From a virus (taxonomy: Duplodnaviria; Caudoviricetes), in IMG/VR virus record IMGVR_UViG_3300035665_002545, positions 1 to 56,256 of that record: 56,256 nt of DNA. The stretch is one strand, 5' to 3'. Shown piece by piece: positions 16,821 through 26,811 of the stretch. The notes beneath the pieces were generated by a model. That model was not told the DNA's origin and did no database searches. It saw only the letters and a list, made by a program, of their open reading frames with translations. The first letter of the stretch is position 1, and each line of letters starts with the position of its first letter. A program made the position numbers and the translations under genes.

Positions 16821-17985
16821 TAACTTCCTCCACAATTTCAAAAAGAAAATTCATATCATCGTCAGTTACAAAGTGATTGTTGCCAATATAGACGCCATTT
16901 TGATGCACAATTTCAGCGTTCGATTGTCCTTTCTTCGTCTCAAGATTATACTTATCTTTTAGGAAAGGTTGTCGCATCAAGTTACCGCTAACCACAGGCC
17001 TATACTCTATACCGTTCATTGAGAATAATCGCTTAAGCTCAAGCATGGCAAACATGTTTTTACAAATAAAGGGAAAGCAAAAACTACTATTGCCCTCTTC
17101 ATAATTATGAGGATAGAACAGGTTTGGATAGGGTGAGATTAGATCACAATAACGCACATAGTTATTACGCCTTTGGTCGATCATATCATCAAGGCGTTTT
17201 AGCTGTGAAGAACCCAACACTGCACATATCTCATGGTTACGAAAGTTGTATCCGTCAGTCACAAACAAAAATGACTTCTCAATGTCTTTGTATTGTTCTG
17301 CATATTTATCGAACTGTATTGACTCCCTAGCCATTCCGTGACTTCGCTTCATACGCATCAGGTCATAAAGGGCAAGGTTACTTGTGTTGACCATGCCACC
17401 TTCAATCGTTGACATATGGTGCCCAAAGTAAAAGCTAAAGGTTGCACCTAATGTATCTGTACCTCGCTTAACACCATCAGGGCCAGTGCAACCATGTGAC
17501 TCACAGATATCTTCTATGATATGGGCGCCAGGGAAGATTTCTTTTAGCTTTTCATTCTCACCTGAGAACCCTAGAAGGTGTGTAATAAAGATGAGCTTAA
17601 TATCTTTATGCTTCCTTGCGATTGCTTTAGCATCCTCAAGATCGAAGCTGAAGTTTTGTAAGTTAATATCACAGAAGATAGGTCGAAGGCCTAACTGAAT
17701 GATAGGAGCGACATTAGTCACCCAAGTACATGCAGGCAGCAACACTTTGTCGCCATCCTTCAATCCCATCAACTCCTTTACAGCAGCGACAAGGAGAAAG
17801 TTGGCAGTACTGCCACTCGATACATAGATGGAGTTAGGACTACCCAACCAGGTTCCCCACTCACGCTCGAACTGTTTAACCCGTTCACCATTCGTGAACT
17901 TAGGTGCAGTCAAAGCAAAGTAAGCCATCTTGAGACGATCACCCATCGTAATCGTCTCACCCATTAAAGGCCAGCGCATTTTCAT
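16795..17985 (-). CDS. PLP-dependent GDP-4-keto-6-deoxymannose 3-dehydratase (ColD-like, DegT/DnrJ family)
   Basis: SSGSTAN, EDICESHG, TFSFYFGHHMSTIEGG (His in place of Lys), GYNFR; adjacent to gmd and fcl. Confidence 0.78.
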   Translation of the reverse strand: MKMRWPLMGETITMGDRLKMAYFALTAPKFTNGERVKQFEREWGTWLGSPNSIYVSSGSTANFLLVAAVKELMGLKDGDKVLLPACTWVTNVAPIIQLGLRPIFCDINLQNFSFDLEDAKAIARKHKDIKLIFITHLLGFSGENEKLKEIFPGAHIIEDICESHGCTGPDGVKRGTDTLGATFSFYFGHHMSTIEGGMVNTSNLALYDLMRMKRSHGMARESIQFDKYAEQYKDIEKSFLFVTDGYNFRNHEICAVLGSSQLKRLDDMIDQRRNNYVRYCDLISPYPNLFYPHNYEEGNSSFCFPFICKNMFAMLELKRLFSMNGIEYRPVVSGNLMRQPFLKDKYNLETKKGQSNAEIVHQNGVYIGNNHFVTDDDMNFLFEIVEEVNEQFSAND

Positions 17986-18920
17986 AGGAACCTCTCTTTG
18001 TTCTCTTTGAACCATCTTATCGTCCTTGTCAAACCTTCATCAAAAGATACCTTAGGTTTCCATCCCATATCAAATAGTTTGGTGTTGTCAAGTTTCCTGC
18101 GAGGTGTGCCGTTTGGTTTCTCTGTATTCCAGAAAATTTCTCCTAGGTATCCCACCTCCTTCCTTATGATCTCTGACAGATCTTTGATAGTGATCTCTAC
18201 ATCACTTCCCACATTGATATGATCAGGACTATCATAGTTTTGCATCAGGAAGATACATGCATCAGCAAGATCATCAACATAAAGAAACTCTCTTGTTGGA
18301 GTGCCATCACCCCATGCCTCAACAACCTTAAGATTTTTTTCTGTTGCATTCCAAAACTTGTTGATAAGTCCTGGAATGACATGACACTTATCAGGATGAA
18401 AGTTATCGTTGGGGCCATAAAGGTTAGCGGGCATCAAACTAATAGTGGGCATACCATATTGCTTAGTATAGTATTTTGCCATAGTCATACCTGCGATCTT
18501 TGCGATTGCATAGGCATCGTTGGTAGGTTCAAGGGGTGCAGTCATCAAGTATTCTTCCTTGATAGGTTGCGGAGTCACCTTAGGATAGATACAGGCAGAT
18601 CCCAGGAACAGCAATTTCTTGACACCGTTCTCACAAGCAGCTTTGATAATATTACTTTGAATCATCAGGTTGTCATATATAAAGTCTGCAGGAACTGTTG
18701 CATTATAATTGATTCCACCTACCTTTGCAGCAGCGAGAAAGACATACTCAGGCCTATAGGTCCTGAAAAAATAATTGACAGACTCTTGGTCCCGAAGGTC
18801 AAGGTGATCATGGGGCTTAGCAACAATATCCTTGTAGCCATCTGCAACTAGTTTGCGAACTAAAGCTGATCCAACAAGACCCGTATGACCTGCAACATAT
18901 ATCCTATCGTTCTTATTCAT
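17982..18920 (-). CDS. fcl: GDP-L-fucose synthase (Fcl/WcaG; ColC-like)
   Basis: [44 protein letters not shown]. Confidence 0.93.
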   Translation of the reverse strand: MNKNDRIYVAGHTGLVGSALVRKLVADGYKDIVAKPHDHLDLRDQESVNYFFRTYRPEYVFLAAAKVGGINYNATVPADFIYDNLMIQSNIIKAACENGVKKLLFLGSACIYPKVTPQPIKEEYLMTAPLEPTNDAYAIAKIAGMTMAKYYTKQYGMPTISLMPANLYGPNDNFHPDKCHVIPGLINKFWNATEKNLKVVEAWGDGTPTREFLYVDDLADACIFLMQNYDSPDHINVGSDVEITIKDLSEIIRKEVGYLGEIFWNTEKPNGTPRRKLDNTKLFDMGWKPKVSFDEGLTRTIRWFKENKERFL

Positions 18921-19917
18921 TGGTGCACATCTCCTCTACCAAATCGTCAAAGGTGTATTCGGGACTCCATCCCAATACAGTCCTTGCTTTTGTTGAATCA
19001 CCTAACAGAGTCTCAACCTCTGCAGGCCTAAAGTATTTTGGATCAACTCTTACTACTGTCCTTCCTGTATGTGTATCAATGCCCACCTCCTCCAACCCTT
19101 CTTCATACCATTCAATATTCATATCAAAGTAAGGGGCGCAGCGTTCTACGAACTCTCGGACAGAATACTGTTCTCCTGTGGCAATGACAAAATCCTCAGG
19201 AGTATGATGCTGCAAGATCATCCACATAGCCCTAGAATAATCTTTTGCATGACCCCAATCACGCAGAGCATTGAGGTTACCCAGAGTCAACATATCTTGC
19301 TTTCCGTTTTTGATATTGCGGAGAGCATCAACAATCTTCTTGGTCACAAAATTATGCCCTCGGCGCTCACTCTCATGGTTGAACAGGATTCCTGAACAAG
19401 CGAACATGTTGTAGGACTCTCGGTAATTCTTAACAATCCAGAACCCGTACAACTTTGCTACGCCATAAGGTGATCGCGGATAGAATGGTGTGGTTTCTTT
19501 TTGAGGAACTTCTTGCACTAATCCATAAAGTTCAGAAGTAGACGCTTGATAGATTCTTACATCTTGATCCATACCAAGAAGTCGCACCGCCTCGAGGATC
19601 TTAAGTGTGCCCAACCCATCAACCATAGCGGTGTATTCAGGTGTCTCAAAAGATACCTTCACATGACTTTGAGCAGCAAGATTGTAAATTTCGTCAGGTC
19701 GCACACCCTTGATGACCCCCATGATTGACAAGGAGTCGGTGACATCACCGTAGTGTAACTTTAGATTGGAATTGTTGTAAAGGTGGTCAATTCTTTGAGT
19801 ATTGATTGAGGAACTTCTTCGAATGATGCCATGAACTTTGTAGCCTTTTTCTAGCAGAATCTCAGTCAAGTAAGAACCATCTTGTCCGGTGATGCCGGTG
19901 ATGAGAGCAGTTTTCAT
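18913..19917 (-). CDS. gmd: GDP-mannose 4,6-dehydratase
   Basis: [45 protein letters not shown]. True start is MKTALITG at 19917. Confidence 0.95.
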   Translation of the reverse strand: MKTALITGITGQDGSYLTEILLEKGYKVHGIIRRSSSINTQRIDHLYNNSNLKLHYGDVTDSLSIMGVIKGVRPDEIYNLAAQSHVKVSFETPEYTAMVDGLGTLKILEAVRLLGMDQDVRIYQASTSELYGLVQEVPQKETTPFYPRSPYGVAKLYGFWIVKNYRESYNMFACSGILFNHESERRGHNFVTKKIVDALRNIKNGKQDMLTLGNLNALRDWGHAKDYSRAMWMILQHHTPEDFVIATGEQYSVREFVERCAPYFDMNIEWYEEGLEEVGIDTHTGRTVVRVDPKYFRPAEVETLLGDSTKARTVLGWSPEYTFDDLVEEMCTNE

Positions 19918-19945
19918 AATGTACCCACAAGGAATAACGATACTG

Positions 19946-19953
19946 TATTTATA
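19946..19953 (-). promoter_or_regulatory. T4-type late promoter TATAAATA heading the sugar island
   Basis: Exact match, 28 nt upstream of the gmd ATG and just downstream of the CobS terminator. Confidence 0.75.
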
Positions 19954-19956
19954 CAA

Positions 19957-19986
19957 TAAAAAAAGGCGCCATTGATTGGCGCCTTT
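19957..19986 (-). terminator. intrinsic terminator after the CobS-like gene
   Basis: AAAGGCGCCA-ATCAA-TGGCGCC-TTTTTTT. Confidence 0.85.
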
Positions 19987-20002
19987 AACTAAGTGAAAAG
20001 GA

Positions 20003-21196
20003 TTAGGCAGCAGCGGGGACTGCTTCAGCAGGTGCTTCGGTCGTAGCAGCCTCGCCAGACACCGTGCTGTCAACTTTGGTGTAGAGGTCAAGGAAAGCGG
20101 TTTTGGTTTCAGCGTCAAACCGGTTGGTGCAGAGCTGGATTGCTTTCAGGCGATCCTTGAACATAGAGAAGGCCCGGACGATATGCACCAGACGGCGAGT
20201 CGAAACGATCTCATCGATACCCCCCTCGAGATAAGTTTTGCGGATAATGTCTGCCCAAGTGATCAGCTTGCTAGCAAAGTCATCATCCATGCAGTTAAGC
20301 TGGGTCATGTTATTGACCACAATCTTCTTCTCGACCGCGGCGGAAGGATATTCCTGCTCATGGGTGATCGGGAAGCGCTCGAGGAAGGCCTCATCAAGAA
20401 TCTGCGCGGCAATGAACTTGCCATCTTCGGTACCACGGCCTTTGGTGTTAGCGGTGGCGATGATATTGAACCCATCAGCAGGATAGATAAGTTCGCCTGT
20501 TTTCTTGTTGAAGTAGGGCTTACCCTCGAGGATTGCCTGCAGGCACATAAGTTTATTCGAACCGCGGTCGATCTCATCCAGGATAACGATAGCACCCCGC
20601 TTCATAGCGAGGAGGACAGGACCCTCACGGTAAACCACATTACCGTCCACCAGAGTATTGGAGCCGATAAGGTCATCCTCATCCGTCTCAATGCTGATAT
20701 TGACTCGGATGCACTCACGCTTGAGTTTAGCGCAGACCTGCTCGACCATTGTCGTCTTACCATTACCGGACAGGCCCGTGATAAAGACGGGATAGAACTG
20801 CTTGCTGGTGACAATCATCTCGAGGTCACGGTGAAACCCGAAAGCAACATAAGTAGAGTCCCGATTGGGAATCAGCGAGTCAGTGATATCAGTCACCAGC
20901 TTGCGCTGCTTGAGCGGGACTACCTGAGCGAGCATAGCGGGTTGCTCAGCGGGTGCAGGTGCAGGAGAAGTGACGGGAGGCAGGGTCACCTCAGTCGAAG
21001 TAACCGCGGCGACTCGATACAGGCCCCGACCCGCCTTGTAGGCGGCGCCGTCAAGAAGAAACCAAGGGGTCGCAAGTCCGTTGCTCTGGACATACTCCAT
21101 GACCTGAGCGCGAGTCACGGTGGGACCGTAGGCCTCGCCAAGGTTGCGAAGAAGTTCGAATTTCTGATCAGTGGTAAAAGCAGCGTTCTTAGCCAT
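20003..21196 (-). CDS. CobS-like MoxR-family AAA+ ATPase
   Basis: [42 protein letters not shown]. Confidence 0.9.
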   Translation of the reverse strand: MAKNAAFTTDQKFELLRNLGEAYGPTVTRAQVMEYVQSNGLATPWFLLDGAAYKAGRGLYRVAAVTSTEVTLPPVTSPAPAPAEQPAMLAQVVPLKQRKLVTDITDSLIPNRDSTYVAFGFHRDLEMIVTSKQFYPVFITGLSGNGKTTMVEQVCAKLKRECIRVNISIETDEDDLIGSNTLVDGNVVYREGPVLLAMKRGAIVILDEIDRGSNKLMCLQAILEGKPYFNKKTGELIYPADGFNIIATANTKGRGTEDGKFIAAQILDEAFLERFPITHEQEYPSAAVEKKIVVNNMTQLNCMDDDFASKLITWADIIRKTYLEGGIDEIVSTRRLVHIVRAFSMFKDRLKAIQLCTNRFDAETKTAFLDLYTKVDSTVSGEAATTEAPAEAVPAAA

Positions 21197-21223
21197 GTCT
21201 TGCTCCGTTCAATTGACACTTAC

Positions 21224-21252
21224 ATTATGATGGAATCTGGGGGTCTTGTCAA
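21224..21252 (-). promoter_or_regulatory. sigma70-type early promoter TTGACA-N17-CATAAT
   Basis: -35 at 21247-21252, -10 at 21224-21229, upstream of the CobS-like ATG. Confidence 0.75.
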
Positions 21253-21265
21253 GAACTATTTTGAC

Positions 21266-21307
21266 TGTTGTTTCCACACAACAGAACTTTGTTGCACAGA
21301 AACAACA
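21266..21307. repeat. two tandem TGTTG-N8-CAACA palindromes
   Basis: TGTTGTTTCCACACAACA (21266-21283) and TGTTGCACAGAAACAACA (21290-21307), 24 bp apart. Confidence 0.75.
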
Positions 21308-21314
21308 CTTAGTT

Positions 21315-23471
21315 TTAGTGGTTTTTGCTGACAATCTCGGCAAAGCGACTCAGAAAGATGCGGTTCATACCCGCCGAGCGCACGCTCTCAAGGAAGGCCT
21401 TCTTGATATCATACTTAGAAGCCTTCGAGTCAACATTGATACCATGGTCAGTAATGCGAAGATTTTTGCTGGAAACAATGAAGTAGATATCGTACCCAGC
21501 ACCTGTCAGCGGGAAGAACTTTTGCTTACGGGCAGCAGCAATTTCTTTATCTGAAGGAAGAACTTTTTTGATAGAATACTCACGAGCCATGCTCTTGACT
21601 GCAGAGGGTAAACTATCGTCTGTGATAAAGAACCCGATCATATTTGCTTTGGTGATTTTCTTTGACAGATCAATCAGAACCCGAGTGACACACTCCCCAT
21701 GAGTGTAAGTAACTGACTCACGGGTCTTCGGATCAGTCAAGCAAATTTTGTAGTTGCCGTAGGTGCCATTGCCTGCCAAAGACCACAGATAACCACACTT
21801 CGAAGAATTAACGAACATGTTATCTGTGCCAGTAGCAGAGCCATCGGTGAGGAACATCGTAGTCAGAACTTCGAGTTTATAAGCTGCACGGAATTCTTGT
21901 GCAATCGAATTAGAAGCGATGATTGCCTCATTGAGCGGAGTACCCGAAAGCGCCTCACTATCAGGAACATGTCCACGGATGTACAGGTTCCGAAGAACCT
22001 CGAGGTCTTGCAAAGCGTTGGTAAACTCAAGTCGGGACATTGAAGAGGACAAGTATTCCTTCAAGTGAAACAAGTGATGCTCAACGGAGAGAACGTCTGT
22101 TTCAGTACGATTGATCAAGTTATTAGATTTTACTCCGCGGATGCTCCAAAGCTTGGGGCTATCGCTAAACCCATAGACGCGGAAAGGAATGTTAACTTTG
22201 CGGCAGAAAACACTCAGGACCATAACCTGCTCAAGGGTGCCTTCCATGTTGCTCCGCATAGAGCCCGACAGGTCAAGGAACATAAGCATGCCGTGGTTCT
22301 TACCCTGCGGTACTTGGGTAACTCGCTTGAACATATCATCGGTGAAGCGATACTTGCTGATCTTGGTCATATCAAGTTCGCCTGTCTTAGAAATAGACGC
22401 CCGGGCAAACTGCTTAGCGTTCTTGCGAAGTTCGAACTCTTGCACCAGACCATTGATATAGCGCAGGTTCTTAGAATAGAACTCCTTGAGGGGGAAGTTC
22501 GCTTTCTCGCCCTCGAAGAAAGCATTGAGGTGCATGTTGGCGTAAACTTCCTTATGCCCGACGATACGGTCAGTCAGATCATAAGTAGGAAGATCGATAT
22601 ATACCGTGGGAATGCACTTCTCATCCACCAGCGACTGCTCACGCTCCCGGAACGACTGGTCGGTATGAGAAACGGGATCAGTCAGTTCCTCATCATAAGC
22701 GCCTGTGTCTGCTGATCCGCCATAGTCAAACTCTTGGTCATCATCTGAGTCAGAGTCTAGATCTGAGGCCTCGAGTTCGCCATCTTCGGAATTATCATCC
22801 TCTTCTGAATAGTCGGAATTTTCATAGTCGGTATCCTCATAGTCATTTGTCTGAGGTTGTTCGGCACCCTCAGAGCTGCCAGAACGGTCATTGCCGCGCT
22901 CTTCAGAATTTTCTTGTTTTTTGGCGCGATCATAGAGGATAGTGGCAACATCCACCACATCTTCCCAGGTCTCGCACTCGCCAACCATATCGACAAAAGG
23001 CCGCTCTTCAGATGAGAAGGTCACCCCCGCCATGACACCGAGTTTATAATGCAGGTTGATCCGGTCGATCAAAGCAAGCAAGTTGATATCAGGAACTTTA
23101 TTGAGACCGAAGAAGTCACGCGCATCCAGTTCCTTGTAGCCACGATAGAAGGAAGGGCGAATGCCGGGAAACTTGTCCTTGATCATCCGCTCGATCCGGG
23201 CATCCTCGACCACATTAAGGAAGCTCTTGAACCCGGGACGGTTACCCGCAAGGGCATTGTGCCAACCTTCGGGGGGAGTATAAAGAGCATGACCAACCTC
23301 ATGGCCCATGAGCAAGTCATAGAGGTCAGCAGACATATCTTTGAACACCGGGCAAGCAAGAATACGCTGCTTGGTGTCAAAATAAGCGGTGGGGATGTTC
23401 TTGTGCTGAACAGTAATGTTCTCTTCGGCAAGCAGCCGAGCGAGGATTGACTTGGTTTCTACTACAGACAT
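21315..23471 (-). CDS. CobT-like protein: HEXXH metallopeptidase-like domain, acidic linker and VWA domain
   Basis: HEVGH, NVVEDARIE, D/E-rich linker, MIDAS DLSGS...GTPL...LTDG. Confidence 0.85.
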   Translation of the reverse strand: MSVVETKSILARLLAEENITVQHKNIPTAYFDTKQRILACPVFKDMSADLYDLLMGHEVGHALYTPPEGWHNALAGNRPGFKSFLNVVEDARIERMIKDKFPGIRPSFYRGYKELDARDFFGLNKVPDINLLALIDRINLHYKLGVMAGVTFSSEERPFVDMVGECETWEDVVDVATILYDRAKKQENSEERGNDRSGSSEGAEQPQTNDYEDTDYENSDYSEEDDNSEDGELEASDLDSDSDDDQEFDYGGSADTGAYDEELTDPVSHTDQSFREREQSLVDEKCIPTVYIDLPTYDLTDRIVGHKEVYANMHLNAFFEGEKANFPLKEFYSKNLRYINGLVQEFELRKNAKQFARASISKTGELDMTKISKYRFTDDMFKRVTQVPQGKNHGMLMFLDLSGSMRSNMEGTLEQVMVLSVFCRKVNIPFRVYGFSDSPKLWSIRGVKSNNLINRTETDVLSVEHHLFHLKEYLSSSMSRLEFTNALQDLEVLRNLYIRGHVPDSEALSGTPLNEAIIASNSIAQEFRAAYKLEVLTTMFLTDGSATGTDNMFVNSSKCGYLWSLAGNGTYGNYKICLTDPKTRESVTYTHGECVTRVLIDLSKKITKANMIGFFITDDSLPSAVKSMAREYSIKKVLPSDKEIAAARKQKFFPLTGAGYDIYFIVSSKNLRITDHGINVDSKASKYDIKKAFLESVRSAGMNRIFLSRFAEIVSKNH

Positions 23472-23495
23472 GTGATCTCCTACTGAACATCTACG

Positions 23496-23523
23496 ATTAT
23501 ACAGGAACCACAGCCCTTTGCAA
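23496..23523 (-). promoter_or_regulatory. sigma70-type early promoter TTGCAA-N16-TATAAT
   Basis: Perfect -10 at 23496-23501, followed by a GGAG RBS before the ATG at 23471. Confidence 0.6.
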
Positions 23524-23527
23524 CCGG

Positions 23528-23569
23528 CGTGTCAAAAATACAACATTTCGGTGTTGCGTAAAAACAACA
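23528..23569. repeat. tandem TGTTG-N8-CAACA palindromes (one degenerate)
   Basis: CGTGTCAAAAATACAACA (23528-23545) and TGTTGCGTAAAAACAACA (23552-23569), again 24 bp apart. Confidence 0.7.
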
Positions 23570-23570
23570 C

Positions 23571-24065
23571 CTATTTTCGCGCCTTTCGAACCGCCAGATC
23601 CCACTTCAACTTTGACACTCGATCTTTCATGGTAAGGCCTTCCATGTGATCATATTCATGCAGAAAGACCCTAGCTGTCAACCCCCGAAAAGTATTTCTT
23701 ACAACTTCTCCTGTCTCGATCTGATATTCGGCAACTATCTCAGAAGGTCTTTTTAGTTTAAGTTTGACTCCAGGATAGGATAGACAACCTTCCTCATAAA
23801 GTTCCTCACCATGAGCTTCTAGGATGTTGGGATTGAACACAAAAATCTTCAAGTCATCTATACCAATGACAAAGACTCTTCGATTAATTCCCAGCTGGTT
23901 TGCAGACAACCCCACGCCCTTCTCCTTGATCATCTGTTCAAAGAGTGCTAAAGCAAAAATTTTAGCAGTTGAACCTTCCTTTTCAAAGTCATATTCTTCA
24001 GGTTTGCTATGTAAGGTAGGATCTGATGAAGACACTAGTTTTAATTTATCTTTGCGAACTATCAT
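23571..24065 (-). CDS. def: peptide deformylase
   Basis: GVGLSANQ, EGCLS, HEYDH. Confidence 0.93.
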   Translation of the reverse strand: MIVRKDKLKLVSSSDPTLHSKPEEYDFEKEGSTAKIFALALFEQMIKEKGVGLSANQLGINRRVFVIGIDDLKIFVFNPNILEAHGEELYEEGCLSYPGVKLKLKRPSEIVAEYQIETGEVVRNTFRGLTARVFLHEYDHMEGLTMKDRVSKLKWDLAVRKARK

Positions 24066-25777
24066 TACGCTACCCTGCTAAAGTTTTGATGTTTCTCAAC
24101 TCGAATAACATTCTTGAACTTGTCTTGTAACTGATCTCCTTTATGACTTATGACAAAGACATGAGTTGTCTCATCAAGAGTGTCTAAGAGATTCATCACA
24201 TAGTCAGTCCCGTTTGCATCTAAACTGCTATCGAACACCTCATCAAGCAAGAGCAAGTTTGTGCTGACGCTGTTCTTGATCTTTGCAATAGTTCTCCAAG
24301 TGAACAGCAACGCTAAATCGATACGCTGCTTCTCACCTTCCGAGAATGATGCATAGCTAAAGTCATCACGGTGTCTTGACTTGATCGACTCATTGAATGC
24401 TTCGTCTAACTCAAACGACACAAAGAAATCCATTGCAGTTAGGTATTTATTGACTAGCTTATTGATCACCGGAATGTATTGCTTGATGATCTTCGTCTTG
24501 ATGCCCGTGTCTTTTAGGAGTGAGGATGCTGCATTCAGGTAGTACATATCTTCAGTCAGCGCAGCTTTGTCCTTTGCACCCTCGAGGAATTTCTTGGCAA
24601 GTTCCTTAAGCTGGCCCTTTGCCTCGTCAATATCCTTTGTATCAGAGGCAACCTTGGTGCCCTCTTCCTGAAGGCGCTTCACATAGTTCTGCTTGCTGAT
24701 GATATCAGTGTTTAGTTCAAGAATGTCCGTCTGCAAGAGTGAAATGCGTTCTTTAGTGGCGACGATGGTGTCAATTTTCTTCTCAATCGCTTCAATTCTT
24801 CCTGTCAAACTGGCGATTGCTTCGTTAACTTCTTCTACCTTGTGTGAGTGTTTCTGAATTGCCGCTTCCTTAAGATCACCTGAGATCGCCTGTGAACAAG
24901 TAGGACAACTATCGTGGTTCTCATAGAACACAATCTCGTTGTGTGCTTTCTTGATACGCTCACTCAGATTCTTCAGCAAGGTATTGAGTTCAGATCGCTT
25001 TTCAATCAACGACCTCTCTTGGCTAATCGTTGTTTTGTATTCGTTACACACATTCTGGAATGTCTCGACCGATACCTGTAGGTTAGCAATACCTACCGTT
25101 GCTTGTTCGATCTCGTTCTTAACATCTATCTCTCTACGCTTCTGATCCTGCTCTAACTTGTCAATGTAGTCCTTCTGCAGTTTGACTGCCTGTTTGTCAA
25201 CAGTTAACTGTGCCTCGAGCGTATCGATCTCTCCTTTCAATGTGGCGATGCGATTCTTCAGAACGCTGTTCATCGTAGTGAAGATTTGAATGTCAAGGAT
25301 ATCTTCAATGACTTCACGACGATGACCCTGAGGCAACTGCATGAAAGGTGTAAAGGATGCTGAACCTAGAATGACGATCTGAGTAAAAGACTTATAGTTC
25401 AACTTGAGAATCTTGTCCTCAAGATAGTTTTGATAGTCCTTCGAGGCAGAGTCTTGATTAAGAAGTTCACCATCCTGATGAATCTCAAAGACAGTTGGCT
25501 TGATACCACGAACGATCTTGTACTGGCGTTTGCCTATATCAAAGAAAACCTCAACCAGACAATTTTTCTGATTGATACTATTGACTAGTTGAGGTTTGTT
25601 GATATTTCGAAACGCCTTCCCGAAGAGCCCGAAGCACAGTGCGTCCAGAATGGTGCTCTTACCTGCCCCGTTCTCACCTATGATGAGAGTAGAACGATGT
25701 GCGGTAAAGTCAATCTCAGTAAACTGGTTTCCTGTCGATAAGAAGTTGCGCCATTGTATTCTGCGGAATGTTATCAT
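24065..25777 (-). CDS. gp46: recombination endonuclease ATPase subunit gp46 (Rad50/SbcC-like)
   Basis: GENGAGKST, CPTC zinc hook, FSEGEK signature, LLDE. Confidence 0.95.
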   Translation of the reverse strand: MITFRRIQWRNFLSTGNQFTEIDFTAHRSTLIIGENGAGKSTILDALCFGLFGKAFRNINKPQLVNSINQKNCLVEVFFDIGKRQYKIVRGIKPTVFEIHQDGELLNQDSASKDYQNYLEDKILKLNYKSFTQIVILGSASFTPFMQLPQGHRREVIEDILDIQIFTTMNSVLKNRIATLKGEIDTLEAQLTVDKQAVKLQKDYIDKLEQDQKRREIDVKNEIEQATVGIANLQVSVETFQNVCNEYKTTISQERSLIEKRSELNTLLKNLSERIKKAHNEIVFYENHDSCPTCSQAISGDLKEAAIQKHSHKVEEVNEAIASLTGRIEAIEKKIDTIVATKERISLLQTDILELNTDIISKQNYVKRLQEEGTKVASDTKDIDEAKGQLKELAKKFLEGAKDKAALTEDMYYLNAASSLLKDTGIKTKIIKQYIPVINKLVNKYLTAMDFFVSFELDEAFNESIKSRHRDDFSYASFSEGEKQRIDLALLFTWRTIAKIKNSVSTNLLLLDEVFDSSLDANGTDYVMNLLDTLDETTHVFVISHKGDQLQDKFKNVIRVEKHQNFSRVA

Positions 25778-26811
25778 GTTTCTTCGTAGTCGTGTGCTTC
25801 AACAAATAGTTCCCTAAGGACTCTCTTCAGTCGTTCTTTGTCTGCATTTGTCTCAATTACATCTATATAGTCAGATAGGAGAGTCATTGTATCATCCACA
25901 TTGATACTTTCATCATCAACTGGAGTCTCAAATTCACTCATATCCTCAATGATCTTGAGTTCAGCAGGATTATGATTATATAACAGTTCAACTGTCTTGT
26001 CGAACAACTTGAAATCTTTTTTGTTGTTCACCACTAACTTAACATACTTGTCTCGAATTTTGGTTGCATCGATTTTGACCTCTTCAGTATCATCATAGAA
26101 AAACTTGATGAACATCGGATCATTGTTCTGAATAAACTGCATAGAATGATCAACTAAGTCAAAGACGAAGAATCCTTTTGGATCTTTATAGTCATTCCAA
26201 AACAACTCATATGGTGTTCCTAAGTACATGATGTTGTCTTTGTTTGACTTAGTGTGAAAGTGCCCACTGATGACTTGCTTATACTTTGAGAGAAGGTTGG
26301 GATCCATACCATCATGGTTCTCCATTCCTCTCATCATCTCGAACCCTTTCAATTCAAAGTGCCCAAAACAATACCCAGCTATGCTGCCCTTAATGAACTG
26401 CATCACTTCCTTCTCATTCTCCTTACAAATCCAAGGAACCATATCGATCCCAAGAACATTAGAAGGTGTAGTGATGATCTGAATGTTATTGTATTCCTTC
26501 AAAAGAAGTTCAGGTGAGTTAATCACAAGGCTCTCACGCCAAAAGATATCGTGGTTTCCTAAGAATGTGATTAAACTCACCCCTCGCTCTTGCAAAGGAT
26601 CAAAGAAGTATTTGCGTGATTCGGTTAGTGATAGAAAGTTGATATACTTGCGACGATCAAACAAGTCACCGAACTGCACTACTGTCTTGATCCCATGCTC
26701 ATCAATGTACGGAAAGAACTGTTCCTTGTAGAACTTTTCCATATAGGCGTGAAAAATTTTGCTGTCATTTCTCACGCCGAAGTGAGTGTCACCTAGTAAG
26801 ACAATTTTCAT
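25774..26811 (-). CDS. gp47: recombination endonuclease nuclease subunit gp47 (Mre11/SbcD-like)
   Basis: GDTHFG, GDLFD, GNHD, SGHFH. Confidence 0.95.
   Translation of the reverse strand: MKIVLLGDTHFGVRNDSKIFHAYMEKFYKEQFFPYIDEHGIKTVVQFGDLFDRRKYINFLSLTESRKYFFDPLQERGVSLITFLGNHDIFWRESLVINSPELLLKEYNNIQIITTPSNVLGIDMVPWICKENEKEVMQFIKGSIAGYCFGHFELKGFEMMRGMENHDGMDPNLLSKYKQVISGHFHTKSNKDNIMYLGTPYELFWNDYKDPKGFFVFDLVDHSMQFIQNNDPMFIKFFYDDTEEVKIDATKIRDKYVKLVVNNKKDFKLFDKTVELLYNHNPAELKIIEDMSEFETPVDDESINVDDTMTLLSDYIDVIETNADKERLKRVLRELFVEAHDYEET

Noticed and set aside
18913-20118. 401-aa N-terminally extended Gmd from the ORF track
   Set aside because: The extension crosses the CobS-like stop, a terminator and a late promoter; homology starts at MKTALITG (19917).
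21266-21307. CRISPR-like or terminator interpretation of the TGTTG/CAACA repeats
   Set aside because: Only two 18-bp units per locus with 6-bp gaps, weak 5-bp stems and no cas genes. No CRISPR array was seen anywhere in the window.
22700-22920. Low-complexity D/E/S-rich stretch as a repeat element
   Set aside because: It is the usual acidic linker of CobT-like VWA proteins.
20183-23450. Long plus-strand ORFs (382, 216 and 133 aa) opposite the CobS/CobT-like genes
   Set aside because: Antisense shadows expected from biased codon usage; no motifs, promoters or RBS.
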